A DNA stretch of 46,960 nucleotides from Octopus bimaculoides. Lineage: Eukaryota. Location of the stretch: positions 72,988,149 through 73,035,108 of the forward strand of contig NC_068981.1 in the NCBI RefSeq assembly GCF_001194135.2, read 5' to 3'. Numbering within the stretch: position 1 is the first letter of the stretch; every line of letters begins with the position of its first letter. Of this stretch, positions 22,826 to 33,857 are shown in pieces. A program made the position numbers and the translations under genes. The notes beneath the pieces are model-generated. The model ran no database searches, was not told the origin of the DNA, and worked only from the letters and a program-made list of their open reading frames with translations.

Positions 22826-23006
22826 CCTAAAAAGTCTAATAAAGATAACAAAATCAAAACAGAAGACTCTAGTTCTCCAGAAAGTTCACCGTCACCAAAG
22901 GAGACATCATCGGAGACTAGCCCTTCTGCTAAGGCTGGTACTAGTATTGATTCTACAACCATCACACCAAAAAAATCTCCATTTGGTATTCCTAAAAGAA
23001 AAACAG
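22826..23006 (+). CDS. LIG1: DNA ligase 1 exon 4
   Basis: ttgtag| and |gtacag, 181 nt. Ends SPFGIPKRKT (human SPSGIPKRRT). Confidence 0.9.
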
Positions 23007-23962
23007 GTACAGATATTTATCTGACTTACATTGTTGTTGTTCTCATCATCATCATTCATAATCATTGTTGCTGTTGGCATTACCATTATCATCATCACCA
23101 TCACTTAATATCTATCTTTCATGCTAGCATTGATTAGATGGTTAGACAGAACCTGATGTTGTCAGCTGATGGCATCATGTTCTAGTGTCATCTCCAATGT
23201 CATCTTATTAAATAATTTTATGACTTAAAAGTAGTTGGAAAAGAAGCCTTTGCAGCTACAAAGTACATCACTTTATTATTGTAGGTAGCTCTCCCAGAAA
23301 GTCAGCTGCCTTCTCCTAACCGTTACATAAACTGAAACATACAGCATGTTTGGGCTAAATTTGATGAATTTTTGTTTCCTTTTTTTAGGAACAGCTTAAT
23401 GTATTGGTGAACAGTCATCAGTGTTGGAAAGCATAAAGATTAAAGTTGAGATAAAACTAACTGACATGGAGGACTTTAAGCCACCTGAATATTGAAAAGA
23501 ATTACCTGTCTTATGTTGATTTGTGCAGGGTATCAAAATACTGATATCATGACTGATGCTCAGTGTTTTGTGAACACTAACGGTTGTAAGATATGACATG
23601 GACATCATAAAACCAAACTCCCCCAAATTGAGGTGGCTTTTGGGTGTGCCTCCAGTGAAGATGATGTTGTGTTGCTCACAGCTTTGCCCCAACCACCACC
23701 ATTGCTTGACAACTGGTGTTGGTTTGTGTACATTCCTGTAACTTAGCAGTTCAACATAAGGAACTGATAGAATAAGAGTCAGGCTTCAAAAAAAAAATAA
23801 GTACTGGGGATTGATTTGTTCAACTAAAACCCTTCAAGGTAGCGCCCCAGCATGCCCACTGTTGAACGATTGAAATGAATGAAAAATAAATGAAATTGTG
23901 TTGTGTAAACAATGATAGCATATACAGATATATATGTTTATATCTATCCATCTATCTTTCAG

Positions 23963-24138
23963 CTCGGAAAACAGTTGGACCTAATTCTACTCCAAAACGT
24001 AAAATTATTGGAGAAGAGTCATCAAGTTCTTGTAATGGAACTTCCAAGCGACAAAAAGTTGAGCCATTAGAAGAGGATGTGGATTCCACATCCAGTGATC
24101 CAAAGAAGAACCAAGAAAATTTGACAACAGACAAAGAT
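23963..24138 (+). CDS. LIG1: DNA ligase 1 exon 5
   Basis: tttcag| and |gtaagt, 176 nt. Encodes ARKTVGPNSTPKRKIIGEESSSSCNGTSKRQKVEPLEEDVDSTSSDPKKNQENLTTDKD. Confidence 0.9.
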
Positions 24139-26231
24139 GTAAGTGTTTCACAATATATTTCTTAGATCTGTGAAACTATATCTGCTTTGCCCTTGCTAGA
24201 TATCATTTTCCAGTAGCATTGGCTGTTGCTGGAGTATCTATTTCCATTCGCTACATACCTAGTGCATTATATGTAGCGCCTCCTGCCTAATTGATCCTGT
24301 TGATCCACTCTGTAAGGTGGTCAGTGTTAGGAAGAGCATCTAGCCATAAAAACCCTATAAAAACAGATAGTGAAGCTTGGTGCAGTCTTCTGTTTGGCCA
24401 GTCCCTGTCAAATTGTCTAATCCATGCCAGCTTGGAAAGCAGATGTTAAATTATGATGTTTTTATTTAGGGAGGGATTCTACTTCCTTCATTCATTGCCA
24501 GTGGTCCACAACACTTTTGAAATGATGTGTGTGTGTTCAACAACCACGGAAATGGCCATATTGTTAAGAAGTTTACATTACCATACTGTGGTTCCAGGTT
24601 CATTTTTACTGGGCAAAACTTTGGTTAAATGTTTTTGTTTACCATAGCCTTTGGTTGACCTAAGATTTGTGAGTGAAATTGGGAAGGTGACAACTGTGTG
24701 TAAGTTAGTTAGATGAACTGTATATGGACATGATCTGTTGCTCTGTTTAATACTTCTGTCTGGCCCTTGTGTTTTAATGGAATCCACTGTGTTGCAAACA
24801 TTCAGACCAGATTAGAAGATAACTTGATATCTTAATACGGTATTTATTACTGCAGTAACTCACCAGTCACTATTTCTTTCCACTTTTTATCTCGCCACTC
24901 TCAGAGGTCCTGCATCTTTTAACTAAGCCATATTGCATTAATTTAATCACCGTCATCATTAAGTCTGCTTTATTCATATTAACATGACTTGGAGAAGACA
25001 TAATGCAACTGGATACCCTTCCTCTCGCTAACAAGGTACTTGTGCTATTTCAGTTTTCTTTGCACGTTGAGCTGCTGCTCATAGCAAAGGTAGCATTACT
25101 TTCCATGGTTCCCAAATATTTCATCTCTGAATAGTTACTTGCCTATGTAAAGCATAAATATGTTTAAACCAAACTACTACACTCACATAAGGTGTGAAAC
25201 AGTACTTATGAAGTGCATATGGCTATAACCCTTGATGGACAAACTTTTTCAGTAATACTCTCCGAGTTCTGGCCTAAAGTTTTGTGCTCTGTATCTCTTC
25301 TATCACTATTACAATTTTCTGAAAAGTAGAAGCAGACATGCCTGGGTGGTTCAGAAGTTCTCTTCTCAACCATGTGGTTTTGGATTCTGTAATACTATGC
25401 AGCACCGCAGTACTTTGGTTATGGTTTCTTTTCCAGCCATAGCACCGTACTGACCAATCTCATGTGAGGGAATTTGGTAAACAGAAACTACAGGAAGCCT
25501 CTTGTATATAAACATACATGTATGATTATATATTTATGTGTGTAAATGTGCATATATTCTGCAAATGTTTCTAAGCAGTACTTAGTGACAAGTGCTCTGG
25601 GCTTTTGAAGACGTTTGCAGTAAAAAAAATCCCTCACTTGAAAAAACTTATGGATTGACGAGAGGAAAGACATCCTGCTTCAAATAACTCTCTGTCCAAA
25701 CCTATGCTAGCATGGAAAAAAATGATGTTAATCAAATGTATGAGCCATATGCAGTTAAATATATCCAATGTATCCACTACTCTTTGTTGCTCAAATCAAT
25801 AGAAGACATATGCTTTTTGTTATGTTGTTTCTTCAGTGCAAGAACAATTTAGTAATTTAGGGAGGTTTGCTAATTTGTATATGTATGCAAGCTGCTGAAA
25901 CAGAGATTTCATTGTCCATTCTCATTGTCATAAGACTAGCCATTGATTAATATTTATAAAAATACCTGCCATTTGTTTGGTGTTATGATTGGTATCCAGT
26001 TGTAGAAACCAATGCTAAAGCAGACATTGCAGCTTGGTACAGTCCTCCAGCTCCTCAGATCTTGTCAAACTAGCCATTACATGCCAGCTGGGAAGACAAA
26101 TGTTAAATGATGATGATGATGATATATAGCTTTGTAGAGTAAAGCAAATAGAGTTTACTTTTCCCCTGTCCTAGAACACCGGGCTTGTACATTTTGCATA
26201 GATTTAACTGTTGTTTATTGTTTCATTTCAG

Positions 26232-26271
26232 AAAAAAAAAAAAAAATCTGAAGAAAAGCAATCCCAACAAG
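26232..26271 (+). CDS. LIG1: DNA ligase 1 probable exon 6 (40-nt micro-exon)
   Basis: tttcatttcag| and |gtaaat, phase 0/1, fits both neighbours. Encodes KKKKKSEEKQSQQ. Confidence 0.65.
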
Positions 26272-26676
26272 GTAAATGTTTGTGCACATTCAAATTGATA
26301 TTGTCATCATCACAGATCCTATCATGATTTTTCTCCTGTGTTACCAAGTTAGTATGGGGGTTCAGTATATTAGTAAAACGACTGTATTCTACATATTTCC
26401 TTTTACAACATTCTGTGAGGATGCAATTCTCTTAAGTGTGCATGTTTTTTCCATGTCTTCCTTAGATACATGTGTCACTGATGGAGCCTGTTTGCAGTTA
26501 CTTGACTTGTTAGAAATAGCATCCAAATTCCCTCAATCACACCCTGCCAATAAGATTAATATTGGTTTTACTGGCCATTATTGTTCTTGAATCCAGAGCT
26601 AATCTGAGGCTTAACAATATTAGTGATGCATTTGGAAAAATTTCTGTTGTCATTGATTACTTATTCAACAAATATA

Positions 26677-26798
26677 TAGACTGGGCCAAAAGTCATGCAC
26701 GAAAACTGTCAGCATCTTATAATTAAAATGTTACTTTTGAAACATGCAATATATATAAAAAAATTTTTATCTTGGTGCATGACTTTTGACCCGCCTTG
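26677..26798. mobile_element. Short Tc1-like MITE
   Basis: GGGCCAAAAGTCATGCAC and GTGCATGACTTTTGACCC inverted termini in TA context. Confidence 0.65.
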
Positions 26799-27319
26799 TA
26801 TAATTGCTGTAAAATTATTAGTCATACAAGATGTAAACATGGCTGTGTGGTTAAGTTAAGTTCTGAAGCACATGGTTTTGGGTTCAGTTCCACTGCATGA
26901 TACCTTGAACAAGTGTCTTGAACTATATCATTAGGCTGACCAATGCCTTGTGAGTGACTTTGGTAGACAGAAACTGAAAGCCTGCCATATATATGCATGT
27001 ATATAGCCTCTGCTTGTGTTGCTTTGTCTTGATATTATTGCATAGTTATAAATGAGCATCACTTCATACAAGCAGAGGCCCTCATTTCCAGTTGGAAAAA
27101 AGGACTGGGCATGTTTTCTGCAAAAAACATGCCCAGCCGTGAAGAAATGTTACTTTTCTTGGAGACAGGTGAGGTCTGGTGACAGTAAGGGCTTCTTACT
27201 GTATAAAATCTACCTCTACAAATTCTGTCTGGCCCATGCAAACAAGGAATGTCCAATGCCCTAACAATTCTGGCAGCTTACTGCTGCTGCTGCTGATAAT
27301 GATAATAATAATAATAATA

Positions 27320-27855
27320 ATAAATGCCCTGATGCAGTACCAGGCAGTAGCTTTCATGGCTTCTGATCTTAACTGATTGAAAGTGTTATCATGTACATGT
27401 TTTGTCTTGGTTTAAAAGATGGGCTGCACCAAATATTCTGCTGAATACCACAGGATTTGCTTGTCAGTTGTTTGAGCATGTCCTTTAGTGGCTGACGATA
27501 TGTACATCTCTGACCATGAGCAATAGTAGTGGAGGACTATCATAGCCATGTGTTGAGAGGGATTCTTTGGGGTTTGATTAATTCATGTCTGGAAACTTGG
27601 ATGTTTCGGTCATCATCCTTAAACAGCCCTCATTCAGGGACCTTTTGAGCAGGATGGGCTACTCAATGTGAAGATAATTCTAACTGGACCTCACCTGCAA
27701 GATCATGCACTATTCATTTCAATACAAGGTCACCATGTCGTGCACAAATGGTTGTTATGCATGTGTCTGGTGTACTCTTATTAGACGAGTAGTCGTGATG
27801 AGCATACTGGGCTTTGTATATTTGTACTCTGGTGTCACTTTGATGGTATGCAGGA
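27320..27855 (+). mobile_element. Abundant interspersed repeat (LINE 3'-end-like, (AAT)n-tailed); copies at 4629-4850, 38500-39445, 44850-45335 and 46090-46215 (-)
   Basis: Colinear homology among five loci. Several copies end CTCTCTCACTC(AAT)n. Confidence 0.7.
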
Positions 27856-28820
27856 GATAGTCGATCACATTGCCCCCAGTACTTGACTGGTACTTAATTT
27901 ATCGACTTCAAAAGGATGAAAGGCAATGACCACCTTAACGGAATTTGAACTCAGAATGTAAAGCCAGAAGAAATGCCATTAATTATTTTGCCCAGTATGC
28001 TAATGATTCTGCTAGCTCACTGCCTATAAAAATAAAAATAATAATAATAATGATAATCCATACTACTAAAGGCACAAATCCTTAAGCTTTTAGGGGAAGG
28101 GGCTAGTCATTTGCATAGACACCCAGTGCTGAAATGGTACTTATTTTATTTATCTTGAAAGAAAGAAGGAGGCTATTTACCCATAAAATACAGCCCCAAA
28201 CTGATGCTAGCATGGAAAAATGGATATTAAACAAAGAATGTGTACCATTAACTAAGCAATTATGAAACCAGTTGTGGAATCTGTATTTTATCAGACAGGC
28301 AATTTGGAACAAGCTGAGTTGTGTGTCTTGCTCAAGAGCACAACACTGGCTTTAGCTGTCAAGTATGAACTCATAACCATGTTGTCTAGCACCTTAATTT
28401 GGTTAAAGATTAACTATATTTATTAATTTTTGTCTCTTGTCTCTCTCTCTCTCTTACTGTCTATCTACATCTTTCTGTCTCTTCCCCTGACCATCTCCTC
28501 AATTTAAAACCATTCTACTATTATCCACCACTTCTCAGTCCACTGATAAGTCCAGTCAGCCAACATTCTATCTAGATGATGCATTAGGTTTGGATATATA
28601 ATCTACCCCCCCCCTCCCCGACCTCTCCCTGTCTGAAAGACAGTACTAATTCCCTGATGTAGCTAAATGAACATGTGATGCTTTTATGCAATACTATTCA
28701 TTGGTGCTTAAAATCACAGGCTATCTATCTGTCAGTCCATTTGGGCATGCAGCCATGCACCTCTGTATCTGTCGACCTGTTCATCCATCCATCTATTCAT
28801 TCTCTTATATATATATATAT

Positions 28821-28993
28821 ACTACACTCTCTGAGTGGTTGGCATTAGGAAGGGCATCCAGCTGTAGAAACTCTGCCAAATTAGATTGGAGCCTGGTGTT
28901 GCCATCCGGTTTCACCAGTCCTCAGTCAAATCGTCCAACCCATGCTAGCATGGAAAGCGGACGTTAAACGATGATGATGATGATGATGATGAT
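28821..28993 (+). mobile_element. Young 5'-truncated SINE-like copy next to (TA)n
   Basis: Two substitutions versus 54-228. (GAT)n tail. Confidence 0.8.
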
Positions 28994-30967
28994 AAGGGAT
29001 ATTTCTCAACAATTCATGCTGTTGTATAGCAAGGAATTAACTATTCTTAAATTTACTCAAAGCATAGAATGAATCCCCAGACACTTTTCTGAAACAACAA
29101 CAAAAGAACACTATGAAGCAAACATCTTGACTTGTTAGCAACAGATTAGGACTTGGCTACAATTCTTGTTCAATAACCAATAACCCTCTCTTTACACACC
29201 CATACCTTTATGTGGTCTAGACAGGCATAAAGTAAACACCATGAACACAAAAATAGCTGCAAGATCAATTGTTCTTCTAGGTGCAAGTGTTTGTTTCCTG
29301 TTTTAGATACAGATGATAAATACAGAGATCAGTTATGACAATGAGTTATGTCTGACCAATAAAAGTTTTGCAGCTTTCTACAATGTAAAATACACGGTGC
29401 AATATTGATTTGCCAATAAAATTCTCTCAGAGAATTGAATGGTAAAAGTGTCAAAAAGAACATTTACTTTTGTTGAAGATAACATCTTTATGAAATCAAT
29501 ACTCTTTTACTTTAAACCATAGATTATAGATGAGTTATATCTGTTAGTTTTATTTCTTATTCATTATCTCTATCACTATCTATATAGCTATATGTCAATG
29601 TGTCAGTATTCATCTGTGTATTTGTCTATCCTTATGTCCAATACCCACCTCTTCCATTCATTCATTTCTGTATCTTTATTCGGCTATCAGATCTTTATCT
29701 TTACACAGCTTCAAGAGTTCAAAGAATTAAATTCTTTAGGTTGACCCTTTGATTACCATATTTCTGTTGAAATGCATTTCCTTTATTTCAATTAAGTTTG
29801 AAAATAATGGAGAATTTAGTAAAATAATTTTGTCAATATTAATGTGATGTTTAAAACATAAATTAATAAAAGTCTGTTGGAAAGTTTTAATTTAAATCAG
29901 ATTAAAACAAAGTTTGTATTATAGAATCAGAGTTGGTATCAAATAGGTTAAAGATTCTAAATATAATATAACTATAGGCACAGATGCACCCATGTTGTAA
30001 GAAGTTTCCCAACGACATGGCTCTGGGTTCAGTCCTACTGCATGGCATCTTGGGTAAGTGTCCTCTACTATAGTCTTGGGCTGACCATAGCCTTGTGGGT
30101 GGATTTACTAGACAACACGTGCTATTCTTGGGCTATTCTTTTCCTTCTCTCTTGACCTTTCCTCTTTCCTTTTTCTGGCTTGAAATGTCACAACCCTCTC
30201 TTTTTTTACCATCTTAAAACTGAGCATCAACTTAATACATTCACTGTATATGTCCTTTTTACTTTTGTTTTTGTTTTTGATTTGTCTGTGTGTGTATTTG
30301 TTTGTCCCCCTTCCACTGCATGACAACTGATGTTGGTTTGCTTACATCCCCATAACTTAGCGGTTCAGCAAAATAGACTAATAAAGTACCAGGCTTTAAA
30401 AAAAAAAAAAAAGTACAGCATTACCACAGTCTAGTGACTGAAACAAATAAAAGATAAAAGATAGTTAAAAAGGCAATGAAGGAAGTTGCTGATATTTTTA
30501 ATAGCATCATTATATTGATATTATTACTGATATCATATTGCTAATATCATCATTCTAGTTAGCTTGTATTCTGGTGATTATTGGTTTCAGAGTAAGCATA
30601 TGTTTGTGTTATTGTTTTTGTTACTTTCTTTTTTATATATAATTTAAAGGTGCTCAGTTTGTTTGTCTTTAATAGTTTTCAGATAAAATAATATTGATTT
30701 TTATGTGACTCTATACTTTGTAATTAGGATTTGTGAAATAAGGGCATTGTCCATTCTTTGTTATCAGATGCTGGCCATTTTATTTAGTACTCTTGAAAAA
30801 AAGGTGATAGGTGCAGGTGTGACTGAGTGGTAAGAAATGTGTTTCCCAACCACATGGTTTCAGGTTCAGTCCCACTGTGTGGCACCTGGTGCAAGTATTT
30901 TCTATTATAGCCCAGAGTCAGTTAAAACCTTGTGAGTGGATTTGGTAGATGGAAAGTGAAAGAGACA

Positions 30968-31015
<48 letters not shown>

Positions 31016-31137
31016 TAAGAAGAAGGAGGCAGTCAGAGTTTTGAATAATTCTTTATTAGCGCTTTCGTTTGTTCAATTGAATGAATGAAAGCGCTAATAA
31101 AGAAGTATCCAAAATTCTGACTGCCTCTTTCTTCTTA
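31016..31137. repeat. 122-bp loopless palindrome
   Basis: TAAGAAGAAGGAGGCAGTCAGAG...TTCTTTATTAGCGCTTTC...TTCAA|TTGAA...GAAAGCGCTAATAAAGAA...TTCTGACTGCCTCTTTCTTCTTA. Confidence 0.85.
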
Positions 31138-32245
31138 GTTTACAATATCTGTACAATACTTCAAACACTCTATACATATGTGTGTGTGTGTGTGCATATA
31201 TATATTATGTTATGCACACACTCATTAATTTTTTACCTCTGTATATATTTACATGTATAAATTTGTAATGTGTGTGTGTGTGTGTGTGTGTGTGGTGGCA
31301 GCTGATGAAGGAAATGCTCTCTATGTGGCCTGTGTATTTTCTGTACTCTGTTTATCATTTTGTCCACGTTTTTTTGCAACGTCCTGTACCTAGATATACA
31401 TCTATATATACATGTAGATGTAGGTATGTATATACATGTACGTATATANNNNNNNNNNCACACACACACACACACACATATTTACACATAGATTTGTAAT
31501 ATGTGTGTGTTACTGCTTCCTAGCCTTGACATAGCGTGATGGTTATAAACAATTATTACCATTATGGAAACATGTCTGGTCATGATGAAATATTACTTTA
31601 CCTGGAAACAGGTGAGGGCTGGCAACAAGAAGGGCATCCAGTTGTAGAAAATCTGCCTCAACAAATTCTGTCTGACCCATGCTAGCATGGGAAAGTGTAT
31701 ATTAAATCAATGATGATAAAAACTGTGCTTGTTATTTCTAAGTTACTCTTTTGCTCTTTTGATTGTTTCAGTCATTTGACTGTGGCCATGGTGGAGCACC
31801 GCCTTCAGTCGTGCAAATCGACTCCAAGACTTATTTTTTGTAAGCCTAGTACTTATTCTATCGGTCTCTTTTGCCGNNNNNNNNNNGACTGAACCCGGAA
31901 CCATGTGGTTGGTAAGCAAACTACTTACCACACAGCCACTCCTACGCCTGTTTTTTTTTTTTAAACTTTCACCCTTGTTTTATTTCCAGCGGGGTTTTAC
32001 CTTGCAAGTCTTGGAGGGCCTATGAAACCATAGGTACAGCCCCTTTCATTCCAGATTCAGTCCCACAACATGGTACCTTGTGCAAGTATCTTGTTCTATA
32101 GACCTGGGCCAACCAAAAAAGTCAACATTAAGACAAATGTTGAGGATGATATTACAAGCTTTTATATATAACTTGTATTTGTTTCAAGATTAATTGTTAA
32201 ATGATTTCTTTCAAATATTTTCATTATTATCTTTTTCATCGAAAG

Positions 32246-32323
32246 ACACAAATGAATCTTCAGTGAAAAAAGAAGTTAAGAAGTCTAAAGATTCTCCTGA
32301 AGTGAAAGTTGCCTCTATATTTG
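32246..32323 (+). CDS. LIG1: DNA ligase 1 exon 7
   Basis: cgaaag| and |gtaagt, phase 1/1. Encodes DTNESSVKKEVKKSKDSPEVKVASIF-G, comparable to human TLSSFF|T as recalled. Confidence 0.7.
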
Positions 32324-32822
32324 GTAAGTTACTTTTAACTATTAATACATTCACTAGTATAAATTTTAAACTTTTAATTGTCTTAACCAACCCTATATAT
32401 ATATATATATATATATATCATCATCATCATTTAGTGTCTGCTTTCCATGCTGGCATAGGTTAGATGGTTTGACCGAAACTGGTAAGCTGGAGAGCTGCAC
32501 CAGGTTAAAGTCTGATTTGGCATGGTTTCTATGGCTGGATGCCACTCCAAGAATGTAATGGGTAGCACTTTAAGAAAGTCTCCCTTACTATAGCTGCAGG
32601 TCAGCCAAAGCCTTGTGAGTGGATTTGGTAGACAAAAACTAAAAGAAGCCTGTCATGCGTGTGTACATGTAACTATATGATAACTATATTATAAAACATC
32701 ATGCAATAATAACTATATGATAAAGTGGGCTTTAGGTTTTTCCAAATTAAAATTAATTCTAAATTGATGGTGATAATTGGTGTAGAATCTTGTTTATTGT
32801 TTTATTCAATTGATCTTATTAG

Positions 32823-32940
32823 GTAACATCAAATCAAAGAAAACACCTTCAAAACCAGAATCTGAAAAAAAGAAGGAGCCTGCTAAATCAACGAAATCAA
32901 CCACAGAAATAAAGGAAGAAAAATCTGAAGATGTACAGTG
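32823..32940 (+). CDS. LIG1: DNA ligase 1 exon 8 (last LIG1 exon found in window)
   Basis: tattag| and |gtaaga, phase 1/2. Encodes GNIKSKKTPSKPESEKKKEPAKSTKSTTEIKEEKSEDVQ. No downstream YNP..YHP..DACW exon was found in the remaining 14 kb. Confidence 0.75.
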
Positions 32941-33427
32941 GTAAGAGTTTGCTTATTTTCTATTGTGTTTTTTGTTGTTATGTCCATATATCAAGGACAT
33001 TGATTCCAAATTTGACATGTTTGTGCTGGTAGTAGTGGCAGCAGAAGAAGAGTTAGTTTTCTTCATTCACTATTTCCATTTTACATCTATGTTTCTATGC
33101 TTGCATAAATAGGACAGATCTTTGTTGCTGTATCTCGACTCTTGTTGGTGTCTTTTGTCATCTGTGGAGGCGCAATGGCCCAGTGGTTAGGGCAGCGGAC
33201 TCGCGGTCCTAGGATCGCGGTTTCGAGACCCAGACTGGGCGTTGTGAGTGTTTATTGAGTGAAAACACCTAAAGCTCCACGAGGCTCNNNNNNNNNNNNN
33301 NNNNNNNNNNNNNNNNNNNNNNNNNNNNNNNNNNNNNNNNNNNNNNNNNNNNNNNNNNNNNNNNNNNNNNNNNNNNNNNNNNNAAAACCATTCAATTGAC
33401 GACAGTAAACTTACTGGACATGTTTAT

Positions 33428-33600
33428 ATCATCATCATCATCATCATCATCATCATCGTTTAACGTCCGCTTTCCATGCTAGCATGGGTTGGACGACTTG
33501 ACTGAGGACTGGTGAAACCGGATGGCAACACCAGGCTCCAATCTAAATTTGGCAGAGTTTCTACAGCTGGATGCCCTTCCTAACGCCAACCACTCAGAGA
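33428..33600 (-). mobile_element. Young 5'-truncated SINE-like copy next to (TA)n
   Basis: About 3 differences versus 62-228. Confidence 0.8.
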
Positions 33601-33694
33601 ATACATATATATATATATATATATTATTTCACTCTTTTACTACTGTTCTGATTTAGAAAAGAACCAAGAGACAAAGGAGGAAATTCCAACTCAC

Positions 33695-33857
33695 TGCAGC
33701 ACAAGCAGATGATTCAGTCCTCTTTGAGTAACATTACCGGCACTGGAGATCTCCAGGTGTTCCAAGGAATCTTTCACGTAGTGTAGCAAGTGCAAAGCAT
33801 CATCGTCCAGGTAATTACAGTTCTTTAGAATCAGTTTCTTCAAATATTTCAATCCTT
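33695..33857 (-). CDS. ATP5S: ATP synthase subunit s / factor B (ATP5S, DMAC2L)-like LRR exon, isolated
   Basis: ttatttcag| and |gtgagt, 163 nt. EGLKYLKKLILKNCNYLDDDALHLLHYVKDSLEHLEISSAGNVTQRGLNHL aligns with human EGLEHVEKIRLCKCHYIEDDCLLRL...ILEMEIISCGNITDKGIIAL as recalled. Confidence 0.75.

Noticed and set aside
33657-33780. Plus-strand AG followed by a Lys/Glu-rich-looking stretch, overlapping the ATP5S exon, as a possible LIG1 exon 9
   Set aside because: Joining the phase-2 donor (TG|) gives an immediate TGA, and there is no ligase homology.
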